Under the pieces are notes generated by a model. That model ran no database searches. It had not been told where the DNA came from and was given only the letters and a program-made list of their open reading frames with translations. The translations under genes and the position numbers were made by a program. This document shows positions 1-11,148 of a stretch of DNA of 64,000 nt, piece by piece. Origin of the DNA: Malacoraja senta (Eukaryota); contig CM075991.1 in NCBI GenBank assembly GCA_038087875.1, positions 6,076,001 through 6,140,000 on the forward strand. The letters run 5' to 3'. Position 1 is the first letter of the stretch. Each line of letters starts with the position of its first letter.

Positions 1-3
1 CAG

Positions 4-106
4 AGTGTTTGGAAAACGGGATTCCGCACAGCGTTGGCTCAATGTGGAAGGGTGAAGATTGCTACTCCTGTTACTGTGGCAAAGTCACTGCTATCTGCTG
101 TACAGA
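4..106 (+). CDS. Internal coding exon of a beta-microseminoprotein (MSMB/PSP94)-family secreted Cys-rich protein; upstream exons lie before the window
   Basis: Acceptor CAG at 1-3, donor GTAAGT at 107; phase 1 to phase 2 exon translating xCLENGIPHSVGSMWKGEDCYSCYCGKVTAICCT. This matches the PSP94 pattern C..G..H...S.W...C..C.C....CC and the exon phases of MSMB exon 3. Too short to appear in the ORF track. Confidence 0.88.
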
Positions 107-267
107 GTAAGTGGCAGGCTTGTGTTTCCACAGTGCCAGAATGCACCTTCCTGGTCCGCTTCTGACGACTTGCAACTTCCATCAATTTCCCGTCTGAATG
201 AGATTTTCAGTCAAGGTGGCATTTTTAATCTCGCCCACTGTGAGAAACAACATGATACGTATCAAAG

Positions 268-499
268 GTAGACAAAAAATGCTGGAGAAACTCAGCGGGT
301 GAGGCAGCATCTATGGAGAGAAGGAATTGGCGATGTTTCGGGTCGAGACCCTTCTAAGAAAGATCAGTCTGAAGAAGGATCTCGACCCGAAACGTCGCCA
401 ATTCCTTCTCTCCATAGATGCTGCCTCACCCACTCAGTTTCTCCAGCATTTTTTGTCTACGTTCAATTTTTCCAGCATCTGCAGTTCTTTCTTAAACAC
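268..499. mobile_element. Penelope-like (pLTR-derived) inverted-repeat element with hammerhead-like core
   Basis: Two ~90-bp inverted arms 268-460 (GTAGACAAAAAATGCTGGAG...CTCCAGCATTTTTTGTCTAC); right arm contains CTGAAGA-AGGATCTCGACCC-GAAA-CGTC; same family recurs many times in the window. Confidence 0.65.
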
Positions 500-745
500 A
501 GAAACATAGAAAATCGGTGCAGGAGGAGGCCATTCGGCCCTTCGAGCCAGCACCGCCATTCATTGTGATCATGGCTGATCGTCCCCAATCAATAACCCGT
601 GCCTGCCCCTAGAGCTCTACCTAACTCTCTCTTAAATCCATCGCATGACGGCCTCCACTGCCCTCTGTGGCAGGGAATTCCACAAATTCACAACTCCTTG
701 GGTTTAAACGTTTTTTCTCACCTCAGTCTTAAATGGCTTCCCCCA
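500..745 (-). mobile_element. CR1/HER1-type LINE 3' end fragment
   Basis: Reverse complement of the VVNLWNSLP..AVEA ORF2 C-terminus plus 3' UTR and (TTTCTATG)-type tail. Confidence 0.75.
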
Positions 746-1983
746 AGGCGTATCAAGTCTTGGGATAAGTAAGTAGGTTCCTTACCTATCTTCGACCCAT
801 TAGGACCCCAACAGTGCTGCAGCAGTTAGTTCTTCTGTCACTCCTCTCACAAGGTTTTGGCCAGGATTGGAGCCTCAACCATTGAAAGATTACACACTAT
901 GTTTTGGGCTAAACTTTGAACAATGCCGGTACATTCAAAACACAATAACACCCACAGGAAACAGGAGCTTCTAATCTAGATTCGTCAAAGGAAATCTGAA
1001 ACAGCAAGACATACCAACAAGAGGTATTTGTCGAGTCACGCCGCACTGAGATGGCCCTTCGGCCCACAGAATCAATGCAAGCACCCATTTACACTAAACC
1101 ATACCAATCTCTTTTTAACTCTCCCTCCCTTTCCTTGGATTCAACGCTCACTTGGGGCAAATTACAGTGGATAATTAATCAACCAAACTGCAGATCTTTG
1201 GGATGTGGGAGGAAAGTGTGGCACTCGGAGGAAACCCACTCGGTCACTGGGAGAGCGTGCAAACTCTGCACATACAGCACTGGAGGTCAGTATCGAGCCG
1301 GGGTCGCTGGAGCTGGGAGGCAGTGGCTCCAATGGCTGCACTGTGGCACCATGTCATATGTACACTTGATGATGCCATTATATCTCTAATTGCATGACTT
1401 AGTTACACGTTATACAAACACACCAGTGCGTCGCATGACCTTACGGTGCACAACTTAGCTGCTGCCTTTCCCACAGTGAAAGAGCTCACCCATGGATCAC
1501 TGGTTGCAAAGCACATGCGGATGGATACCCTGTCAGGAGTACAGAGGCACCTTCTGCTCCCTCCGCTGTGCCAGCTGGGCCAATATGTTCCAGTTGTAGG
1601 CAAAGCCTTGACATGAGCTGCCACCCAATCCAATCTGACCCTCACACTTGTTCATGGTGTCATCATTCTCCGCATGAGACCATTTATTGTCCATCCCTGG
1701 TTATCCCCGAACTTGTTTCCAGAGAAAACAATTCAAGTCTGTTCAACCTCTTCCTGGAGCTAATACCCTCTAATCAAGACATCATTCGGGTAAATCTCCT
1801 TGGCACTTTTTCCAAAGCCCCCACATCCTTCCTATAATGGGGCGACCAGAAATGAACACAATGCTCCAAATGCGGTCTAACCAAAATCTGATAGAGCTGC
1901 AACATGACTTCCTGATTACCCCAACCATTGATGGCAAGTATATCATGTGGCTTGTTTGCCAGGAAGGCCTTTCTGAGATAATT

Positions 1984-1990
1984 CCTCTTC

Positions 1991-2022
<32 letters not shown>

Positions 2023-2157
2023 CTTCTTGCGTATGGCGTGCACAGCCTAAAGTTGTAGGACAACTTGTTCTATTTGATCTTACTTGATTGTGCATGCCAG
2101 GTTGATTGCATTCGTTGAAACAGGGCAGACCACGTGAAGGTTGCAATCTCCCACCCC
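1984..2157 (-). mobile_element. Short non-autonomous retroposon with 5' HDV-like ribozyme and (GAA)n tail (Vingi/ingi-like short element), copy 1
   Basis: 12-bp TSD TCTGAGAT(A/C)ATT at 1972-1983 and 2158-2169; 3' end ...CCATACGC(AAG)n; near-identical second copy at 54666-54800. Confidence 0.8.
2104..2157 (-). ncRNA. Predicted minimal HDV-like self-cleaving ribozyme (54 nt)
   Basis: GGGGUGG(P1)-GA-GAUUGCA(P2)-ACC(P3)-UUCACGU(L3)-GGU(P3')-CUGCCCU(P1', G1.U wobble)-G-UUUCAA-CGAA(J4/2 with catalytic C)-UGCAAUC(P2'). Folded by eye. Confidence 0.75.
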
Positions 2158-2266
2158 TCTGAGATCATTGATTACTCAGATCTTTTCCCAGTTTACTATG
2201 CAAGTAGGTGGAACGTATTTGTGAGTGGGATCACTAACACACGTGCCTCTTTTCCTCCCCTGATAG

Positions 2267-2375
2267 ATATGTTCAAACTCCTGACGTTCCAAACAACTGC
2301 GAAGCAATCTTTGACAAGAGACTTTGCAGATACAGGATCTACAGCAAAGACAACCCTGACATTCTGTGTGAATAG
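2267..2375 (+). CDS. Terminal coding exon of the MSMB/PSP94-family gene
   Basis: Branch point CACTAAC at 2232-2238, pyrimidine tract, AG at 2265-2266; joins in phase 2 to exon 4-106, giving E-YVQTPDVPNNCEAIFDKRLCRYRIYSKDNPDILCE-stop (TAG 2373-2375). This is the P....C..IF....C.Y.....K.P...C pattern of the MSMB last exon. Confidence 0.88.
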
Positions 2376-2559
2376 AGATTTGGAACACAGCAGCAAGATC
2401 CTTGGAAACAGCTTTGATCCTTATCCCCTGAGCCATCTACCATCGCTTGGACTCACCAGAATGCCCAGTAATTCATTCAGTAGACCTTCAGAACAATTAG
2501 CTGTTTAAATGTCATTGTTGTAAACTCACCCATTAACTGTCAAAATGTTTAAGTAATTA

Positions 2560-2565
2560 AATAAA
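2560..2565 (+). terminator. Polyadenylation signal AATAAA of the MSMB-like gene
   Basis: AATAAA (overlapping ATTAAA) about 185 bp after the stop codon, followed by T/GT-rich sequence. Confidence 0.65.
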
Positions 2566-3420
2566 TTCTGTTTGATCAGCTTCTGTTTGGAACATTAAGT
2601 TCCGCAGTGAATACTTGCAGCCTTCTTTGAACAGGGGATGGCCACAATATTCCGGGCAATTGGAAAGGCCATCATTTACTGCGCATCCACTCATTGCCCT
2701 GAGGAATGAGGCAATGACATGCCTTTTAAACCGCTGCAGTCCTTCTGGAGATGATTGCAAGAGGCCTTAGTTTAGTTTACAGATACAGTATGGAAAAAAG
2801 CCTTTCAGCTGACTGAGTCCGTGCCGACAATGAATCACCCGTTCCCACTCATTCTGTGTTACTCACTTTCCCATCCATTCCCTTCATACTTCGGGGTAAT
2901 TTTACAGAGGTCAATTAACCTTTGGGATGTGAGCGAAAACCGGAGCACCCTGAAGAATCCCATGCAGTCACAGGGTGAATGTGAAAACTCCGCACAGACA
3001 GCACCCCAGGTCAGGATTGAACCCAGTTTTCAGGTGCTGTGAGACAGCCTCTACCAGCTTTGTGAGCTGGTGAACAGTGGGGGGGGTCCCAAGGTTTCAG
3101 CCCAGCAATGACTGTGTAACAGTGATATACTTCCAGGTCAAGGTACTGTACAGCCAGGAAGAGAACCAGCATGCACTGGAGTTTTCATGCACCTACTGCC
3201 TTTCTCTTCTCTGGTGGTAGGTCAGGTTTAAAAGATCAGGAACAGAGAGAGATGGGAAGGAATACGTGATAATCCCAGAGCTCTGATCATGGACGCTCAA
3301 AGGCATGGTCCCCAACTCCCCCAACTCTGGAACAATTTAAGACATCAGCAAACTGTCAGAATTTCCAGCTTTCTTCCACCCCCCCCCCCCCCCGCCACCC
3401 GATCAGAATCTGTGGAATAA

Positions 3421-3802
3421 TCTTATTGAAACATATAAGGTTTTATTAAGGGTTTGGACACGCTAGAGGTAGGAAACATGTTCCCGATGTTGGGGGTGTC
3501 CAGAACCAGGGGCCACAGTTTAAGAATAAGTGGTCAGCCATTTAGAACGGAGACGAGGAAAAACTTTTTCACAGAGGGTTGTGAATCTGTGGAATTCTCT
3601 GCCTCAGATTGCAGTGGAGGCAAATCTCTGGATGCTTTCAAGAGAGAGTTATATAGAGCTCTTAAAGATAGCGGAGTCAGGGGATATGGGGAGAAGGCAG
3701 GAACGGGGTATTGATTGTGGATGATCAGCCATGATCACAGTGAATGGTGGTGCTGGCTTGAAGGGCCAAATGGCCTATTCCTGCACCTATTGACTATTGT
3801 CT
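3421..3802 (+). mobile_element. CR1/HER1-type LINE 3' end fragment
   Basis: Encodes MFPMLGVSRTRGHSLRI...RVVNLWNSLP...GYGEKAGTGY; 3' UTR GATCAGCCATGATC...GGCCTATTCCTGCACCTATT. Confidence 0.85.
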
Positions 3803-4732
3803 TTTGAAATGGATGGTCAACACCCTTATTGGACCAAAATGTCATCTGTCCATTTTCCTCCACAGATGTCGCCTGACCCACTGGGTCCCTCCAGCAGTTT
3901 TATTTTGCTCATGCAACATTGAAGTGGCGTCTGCAGAATTATTTGTGTTCTGCGCAGAGCCTAATGCTTTGATTACTGCCTCACATGGAATCTCTCATAA
4001 TCGAGGATGTCTTGCTCCCCCTCTCCAGTGATGTGGGTCCTGAGGGGACTGGCGCGACCAGCGTTGGGACTCTAAGCTCTTCCGCAGATGGGGCAGGGGT
4101 GGTCAGTGAGATGGCTGGGTGGATAGCTTGAGAGAAGGCGATCTTCTACGACTTCCTCTCAGCCTCTTGCGTACCACTGATACCTGCACTTGAGCTCTCC
4201 ATCCCATTCCCAATCCACCTTCTCCATTTAGAATGCTGGGCGATAGCCATGAATCAGTGAGGATGTTTAGTTTTTTCAATGAACCTTCAAGCAGACCAAA
4301 GTCAGAGAGTCATTTAGCAAGGAAACAAGCCTTTCAGCCCAAGGAGATGGCCATTCAGCCCAATGCTGGCTCTTGGAAAGGAAGATCCCACAAAACCTTT
4401 CCTCTTCTATGCAGCATTTTCTCTTATTATACCAAGGGAGTGAGCAAGGTTTCTAAGGGATATTCCAGTAAATGTAAATATTCCGGGAAACTGCAAATCC
4501 TTTGTTAAAGCACAAAGCCCGGAAGAAAGGAGAGTCCAAAAATAGCTCTTATCCTGAAAATGTGACCCAGTTCTGTGTTTCTGCTGGCACTTGGTTCTTG
4601 GTTTGGAGAAGAATTAGGCCGATGAGGTGGATTAAATTGTCACAATTCTCAAACAATGGAGAACATCTTCACATAGCACAAAAGATAAAGTGTCAGAGAC
4701 AGATACAAGTGCTGGGGGGGGGGGGGGGGGGA

Positions 4733-5030
4733 GAGTGAGAGAGAGAAGAGAGAGACAGACATAAAGAGACAGTTAAGGGAGAGAAAGAGGAGAGAGACAG
4801 GCAGACACACAGAGACACAGAGACAGAGAGACAAAAACCGAGTCAGAGAGAGACGGACAGATGAACAGTGACAGGCAGAGAGAGTCAGACAGAGAAAAAG
4901 GTACAAATAGAGAAATAAAGCCAAAGAAAGCATGAGACAGAGACAGAGACAGAGACAGAGACAGGCTGAGAGAGACAGGCAGAGACAGAGAGACAGAAAG
5001 ACAGAGAGAGAGAGAGAAAGAGAAAGAGGG
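4733..5030. repeat. (GA)/(GACA/GAGACA)n low-complexity microsatellite preceded by poly-G
   Basis: Purine-rich simple repeat read directly; explains spurious ORF 4649..5092. Confidence 0.9.
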
Positions 5031-5589
5031 ATCCTCTCCTTACACTTTCCTGCCAGTATCATACCCTGACCATTCCTTGACAGATAAACCATCTATTCTT
5101 ATGTCCAAGGTCGCAATTCTCTCGTTTTGGAAATGATAATCAAACAAGGGTGACACAATGGAGCATCTGGTAGAGCTGCTGCCCCGAAGAGCCAGACACC
5201 ATGATTCAATCCTGACCTGTGCTGAGTTCGCGCATTCTCCCTGTGACCGCGTGGGCTTCCTCCAGGTGCTCCGGTTTTCTCCCACATCCCGGAGATGTAT
5301 GGGTCTGTGGGTTAATTGACTCCTGTAAGTTATCCCTAGTGCAGTGAGTAGGTGAGAAAGTGAACCCTTCTCCGTTAAGCAAGGATGGAAGAGGTACCAT
5401 CTGATCCATGGAGCCCATTCCACCAACCGTTCCCACCTGCTTCAGAATGATGTGGTGCTCCCAAATAACTCTACGTTGATCACCCTACAGTCCCCAAAGA
5501 AACATTAATGCCACACTCTAATTCACTTAACCTTGATCTGCTATACATCCAGAAGTGCATCTTTTCTACCCAATCTTATTTTGGTGCAT

Positions 5590-5930
5590 TGGCTGTGATG
5601 TTGCAACATGGTTTGGAATTGGACGTTGGAATTCACTACCCCCTCACATCCGCATACTAGACTCCATGACAGAATTCAAAACTGCTCTTAAAATCCATCT
5701 TTTTAAACTAGCTTACTCATTTTAACTGCAACAACTGCATCTTATTGTATATCAATCTTAACTCGTTGTGCTATGCATTGTTGCTTATTGTATGTTTTAT
5801 TGTTGATTTCTTTCATTACTGGTGCTTTGTTGCTTATTGTATGTTTATTACTGATATTAGGTGATGTAAGGTGACCTTGAGTGTCTTGAAAGGCGCCATT
5901 AAATAAAATGTATTATTATTATTATTATAA
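5590..5930 (+). mobile_element. Degenerate L2-clade LINE 3' end
   Basis: W-N-S-L-P..IR....EFKTALK.HLF remnant followed by TGTAAGGTGACCTTGAG...AATAAAATGTATTATTATT tail, same tail type as the L2 in the array. Confidence 0.65.
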
Positions 5931-7125
5931 TTATTTGTGGGAGGTTTTACCTCAGGCGACGGGCAGGACCTCAGCTTATGAAAGTCGCATCCAGAAGACA
6001 AGTGTGCACCATGTACTGGACGGTCAGCTGGTTCATGAGCAGGGGGGAACAGCAGATGCTGGTTTAAACTGAAGACAGACACAAAAAGCTGGAGTAACTC
6101 AGTGGGTCAGGCAGCATTTCTGGAGAGAAGGAATAGGTGATGTTTTGGGTTGCAACAGCTGATTTATGAGCTGGTTTCTGGCAAGGGACGGGACACACAG
6201 CAATTGCACGGCAATTTTCTTAGAGGTACGAGCTCTGTCCTGAATTGGACTGTTGCTACCACATCAGCCTCCTAACTGGTCACTCTGCAGCTGCCATCTT
6301 CATCACACCCCATTAATACAGACTGGACCCATCATTTTTTCTAGATACAGCACTTCATTGGTCCCATTAGCTGTGTTGTTGCTTCGTTCAGTTTAGAGAT
6401 ACGACATGTAAACAGGAATGGGATTGCCCTCGGAGCGGGCAAAGAACGGATGGGCTAAAATGTCCCTTTCCATTGAAGACAGTCCCAAAATGCTGGAGTA
6501 ACTCAGCGGGTCAGGCAGCATCTCTGGAGAAAAGGAATAGGTGACTTTTCGTGTAGTGACCCTTCTTCAGACTGATAGTAAGGGGAGAGGAAGAGGTAGA
6601 GATACTGCCTGTCCTGCAGAGTTACTCTAACATTTTGTGTCTATCTTTGGTGTAAACCATTATCTGCAGTTCCTTCCTACACATATTTCTACTTTATGTG
6701 AAAATATGAATGATTTTAACTCGCTTCTTTCCTATCAAAGTGAGATCCGTGAGCACAGGTGTTGCCTGCGTTTCTGAGTATCCCCAGCATTCTTGTTTCA
6801 GATCCAGCATCTGTGGGCCTTTGCTTCTTAGCAGCATGTAACTAATTCAGATATCACTCTGGAGAGGTCAAACCAGCAGCACCACTGTGGAAAATAAAAT
6901 AAAGCGTGTCATGGAAGATAACATCATTTGTTACTCTTCAACACACACCTAAGTGTTTTATTCCGCTGTTGCTTAGCAAAGCAAATGAGTGCATGAAATA
7001 CAATGCTCCAGGTGGCTATGTGGCTCAGGAAGTCTGTCTCTTCTGAATGCTTTTAATAATTACCCTGCAGAATGACCAATAGTCCTCCCTGAAGGCTTTC
7101 ATCAAATCTGTACCATTTTCATTGC

Positions 7126-7428
7126 TTAGTTTAGTTGATTAGTTTGGAGATACAGCGCGGAAACAGGCCCTTCGACCCACCGAATCCGCGCCAACTTGCG
7201 ATTCCCGCACACTAACATTATTCTACACAAACCAGGGACAATTTATACCAAACTAATTAACCTACAAACCTGTACGTCTTGGGAGTGTGGGAGGAAACCG
7301 AAGATCTCGGAGAAAATCCACGCAGTTCACGGGGAGAAGGTACAAACTCCATACAGACAGCACCCATGGTCACAATCAAAGCCGGATCTCTGGCACTGTA
7401 ATGTAGTGGTTCTCCCACTACGCCACCG
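7126..7428 (-). mobile_element. HE1/V-SINE-type tRNA-derived SINE
   Basis: tRNA-like head, V-domain core (GGTTTCCTCCCACACTCCCAAGAC), LINE-like tail GGGCCTGTTTCCGCGCTGTATCTC + (TAAAC)n. More degenerate copies at ~1045-1350, 2767-3055, 5150-5360, 8005-8190, 40675-40860, 44085-44570, 51821-52200. Confidence 0.8.
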
Positions 7429-9616
7429 GACTTCCCTGTTTGTGCTATTCAAGAATAGTGGAGTTTCCATATTCTCCCCTTGCCCTTGTGGATTTTCCCT
7501 GCTGCTCTGCCTTATTCCCACATCGTGTTAGACACAAGGGACTGCAGATGCTGGTTTACAAAAAAAAGACACAAAATGCTGGAGTAACTCAGTGGGTCAG
7601 ACAGCATCTCTGGAGAACTCGGATAGCCCCAACCCGAAACGGTGACTATTTATGTTTTCCACAGATGCTGCCTGACCCGCTGAGCTACTCCAAAAACGTG
7701 ATGCTGGACTCATTGGCCACTAATGTCAAAACGAATCAATGAGGAAGTGACAGGTACGTCTGAGAGAGAAATAATTTGTAGTCGTACAAGAAAATAAGGG
7801 AGGTGGGGTAATGGGATGAATGGGATTGTGTCTTTGGAGTCAACCAATTGGCCTCTACCCGAGTACACCCAATAAGTAACACTCTCATCTATAAAGGTGT
7901 ATGTTTCACCCCACACCAGGGACTGGGAAACCTTAGTTGACTTGAGACTCCAGCGTAATGCCGAGGGTGTGCTCCGCTGTTGACCTTCAGCTGGTAGACC
8001 TGCTGGTCACTGCATGGGTTTCCTCTGGGTGCTCTGGTATCCTCCCACATTCCAAAGATAGGTGGGTTTGTTGGTTAATTGGCCTCTATAAATTGTCCCT
8101 AGTGTGCAGGGAGTGGATGAGAAAGTGGGATCGATCGTTGGCGTGGACTTGATGGGCCCAAGGGCCTGTTTCTAAGCTGCATTGTTCAATCAATCAAGAT
8201 CATAAAGTCAGAAGATCATACAACATGGAAACAAGCCTTCATCCAACATGCCCATGCTGACCAAGATGCCCCATCTGCACTGGTTCCACCTGTTGCTTTT
8301 GGCTCGTATCCCTGCTTTCCTATTGATGTACATGTCCAAATGGCTTGTTATAGTGCCTACCTCAACTACCTCCTCTGGCAGTTAATTCCTGGTTCTTGAT
8401 TCCCCTACTCTGGTACAAGATTGTGCATTCCACCTTACCTATTCCGGTAAATAATGATGACCGACCGGATGCACTTGATGAGAGAATGTTCTAGCGATGT
8501 GTTACTGTTAGTTTTTGGTGCCTGTCCACCAGAGGGCAGTGGCGAGCTGTTTACAGTCCATGTCCATGTCCTGCCCACACCACAATGCAGCGGGATTGCA
8601 AAGCCTTGATTTTGGCATGGCGACAATAAAACAAATGTCATTAGTCTAAGGAAGGAAGTCTTGTGTTCTGCAGATGTCAGCAGCACCTTTGGCAGACTGC
8701 CCATGACTTTCTACATGGTGGAGGTCATGGGGAGGGGAAGCTCTATTGCAGAACCATTGCTCAATTCTTGATTATTATGGGTGTCAAGGCTTATGGGGAG
8801 GCAGGGGAATCGGGTTAGGAGGTAGAGATAGATCAGCTACGATTGAATGCCGGAGTAGACTTGATGGGCCAAATGGCCTAATTCTGCTTCTATCACATGA
8901 CCTTGACCTCATGAGCCAATCGTCCACAATGGACAAGTACATGGATTGAAAAGGTTTCGAGGGATATGGGCCAAACATGGGCATGTGGGACTAGTGTAAA
9001 TGGGGCATCTTTGTTGGCATGGGTAAGTTGGGCCAAAGGGCCTGTTTCCATGGATCTAGGACCTGCCGCAAAGCCAGCAGAGGTGGGTATTAGGAAGCAT
9101 GCGGAAGTGTGGGGAGAATAGCAAGGAAAGGCTAATTTTTTAATTAATTTTTTGTTAAACCTGCAGTAGTTGGAAGCCTGAAACAAAAACAGGTGCTGGT
9201 AAATCTCAGCAGGTCAGGCAGCCTCTATGGAAAGGGAAACATTCAAGGTTTTGTGTCGGTGATCCTTCATCAGTGGTTCATGGTACATATTTATTAAAGA
9301 GAGAAATATACAAGTAGGAGGAAGACACAAAATGCTGGAGTAACTCGGCGAGATCCATTCCTTCTTTCCGGAGATGCTGCCTGTCCCGCTGAGTTACTCC
9401 AGCATTTTGTGTCTACCTTCGATTTAAACCAGCATTTAAACCATACAGTTCTTTCCTACACAAGATACTAGTAGAATTTCAATAGGGGAGAAGATTGGGG
9501 TAAGATATGTAGAACAAGGTAGGTCTACAATAAGATGAGTTTAAATGGATTCACAGGATCGTTAAGAGCACCTTAAGGAACCAGGCCTATCTTGTCAGTG
9601 GTAAGGTGGGATAACT

Positions 9617-9888
9617 TAGAAACATAGAAACATAGAAAATAGCTGCAGGAGGAGGCCATTCGGCCCTTCGATTGTGATCAAGGCTGATCGTCCCCAATCA
9701 ATAACCTGTGCCTGCCTTCTCCCCATATCCCCGGATTCCACCAGCCCCGAGAGCTCTATCTAACTTAAATCCATCCAGTGATTTGGCCTCCACTGCCCTC
9801 TGTGGCAGGGAATTCCACAAATTCACAACTCTCTGGGTGAAAACGTTTTTTCTCACCTCAGTCTTAAATGGCCTCCCCTTTATTCTAA
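9617..9888 (-). mobile_element. CR1/HER1-type LINE 3' end fragment
   Basis: Same family as 500-745; tail TAGAAACATAGAAACATAGAAA on + strand. Confidence 0.75.
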
Positions 9889-10136
9889 CTTGCCCAGCAG
9901 AGTAGAGTTATGCTTGTAGGATAAGGAAACAAATGGTGGGCAGATAAGAACTAAGCAGGTCAGGCATTACTGATGACTGAAAGTGCATTGTATACAGTGA
10001 ACTGTTTGGATGAGCAACCTTATTGCTCACCCACATCTTTGTAGTTTGTTTGAAGAAATACAACATTCACACCAGCTCACTGAATCTCTAGCCTACAACC
10101 GCTCAAAGTGGGGAGTGAGCATTTAAGATGGTTTTG

Positions 10137-10610
10137 AGAACATAGAAACATACAAAACATAGAAACATAGAAAATAGGTGCAGGAGTAGGCCATTCAGCC
10201 CTCCGAGCCAGCACCATTCAATATGATGATGGCAGATCATCCAAAATCAGTACCCCGTTCCTGCTTTCTCCCCATATCCCTTTATTCTGTAAGTCCTAAG
10301 AGCTATTTCTAACTCTCTCTTGAAAACATCAAGTGAATTGGCCTCCACTGCCTTATGTGACAGAGAATTCCACAGATTCACAACTCTCTGGATGAAAATG
10401 TTTTTCCTCATCTCAGTCCTAAATGGCCTACCCCTTATTCTTAAAGTGACCCCTGGTTCTGGACTCCCCCAAAATCGGGATCATTTTTCCTGCAACTAGC
10501 CTGTCCAATCCCTTAAGAGTTTTATATGTTTCAAGAAGATCCTCGCTCATCCTTCTAAATTCCAGTGAATATAATAAGCCTTGTCGATCCATTCTTTCAT
10601 CATATCATAA
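10137..10610 (-). mobile_element. CR1/HER1-type LINE 3' end fragment
   Basis: Reverse-complement ORF2 C-terminus (LEFRRMSEDL.ETYK.L.GLDRL...) and (CATAGAAA)n tail. Confidence 0.8.
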
Positions 10611-11148
10611 CCTCAAGGCAGTGCAGCAGTAGTGCACTGAAGCCCCGTCGAGGTGGTGGAAGAACTCACCAACTCACAAGCTGCACATCAACCTTCTCCT
10701 GCCCCAACCATGGAAGACTCCGCGAGTCCCACTTGACCTCATTCACCACAAGCTAAAGTGGTTGTTTGAACACAGGAACTGTGGGCGCTGGAGACTTGAG
10801 CAAGACACAAAGTGCTGGAGGAGTTCAGCAGGTCAGGCAGCATCTCCGGAGGTAATGGATAGGCAACGTTTACGGTCTGGACGCTTCAGATCTTATCCTG
10901 TCGGAGAAAGGAGAACTTCTTCAAAGTATTTGTGGTTTGATGAAATATTGCAGTGGAGCAGTAGAACGGAGGCAGATCTCATTCAGCAATCTGAAACTTT
11001 CACTCTGTTTCTCTCTCCACAGATGCTGATGAATATTTCCAACATTTTGGGATTTTATTTCAGATTTCCAGCAGCTGCAGGGATTTTAATTAGAGCTTTC
11101 CAATAGCTCTCCTCATTACTCCATGAGCGCAGGATGTGTTACTGTATG

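Noticed and set aside
4649..5092. 147-aa Leu/Ser/Cys-rich ORF
   Set aside because: Translation of a GA/GACA microsatellite.
10031..10092. 62-bp minus-strand segment flanked by AG/GTGAG (ARDSVSWCECCISSNKLQRC)
   Set aside because: Cys content suggested another MSMB-like exon, but spacing and phases do not fit and no companion exons were found.
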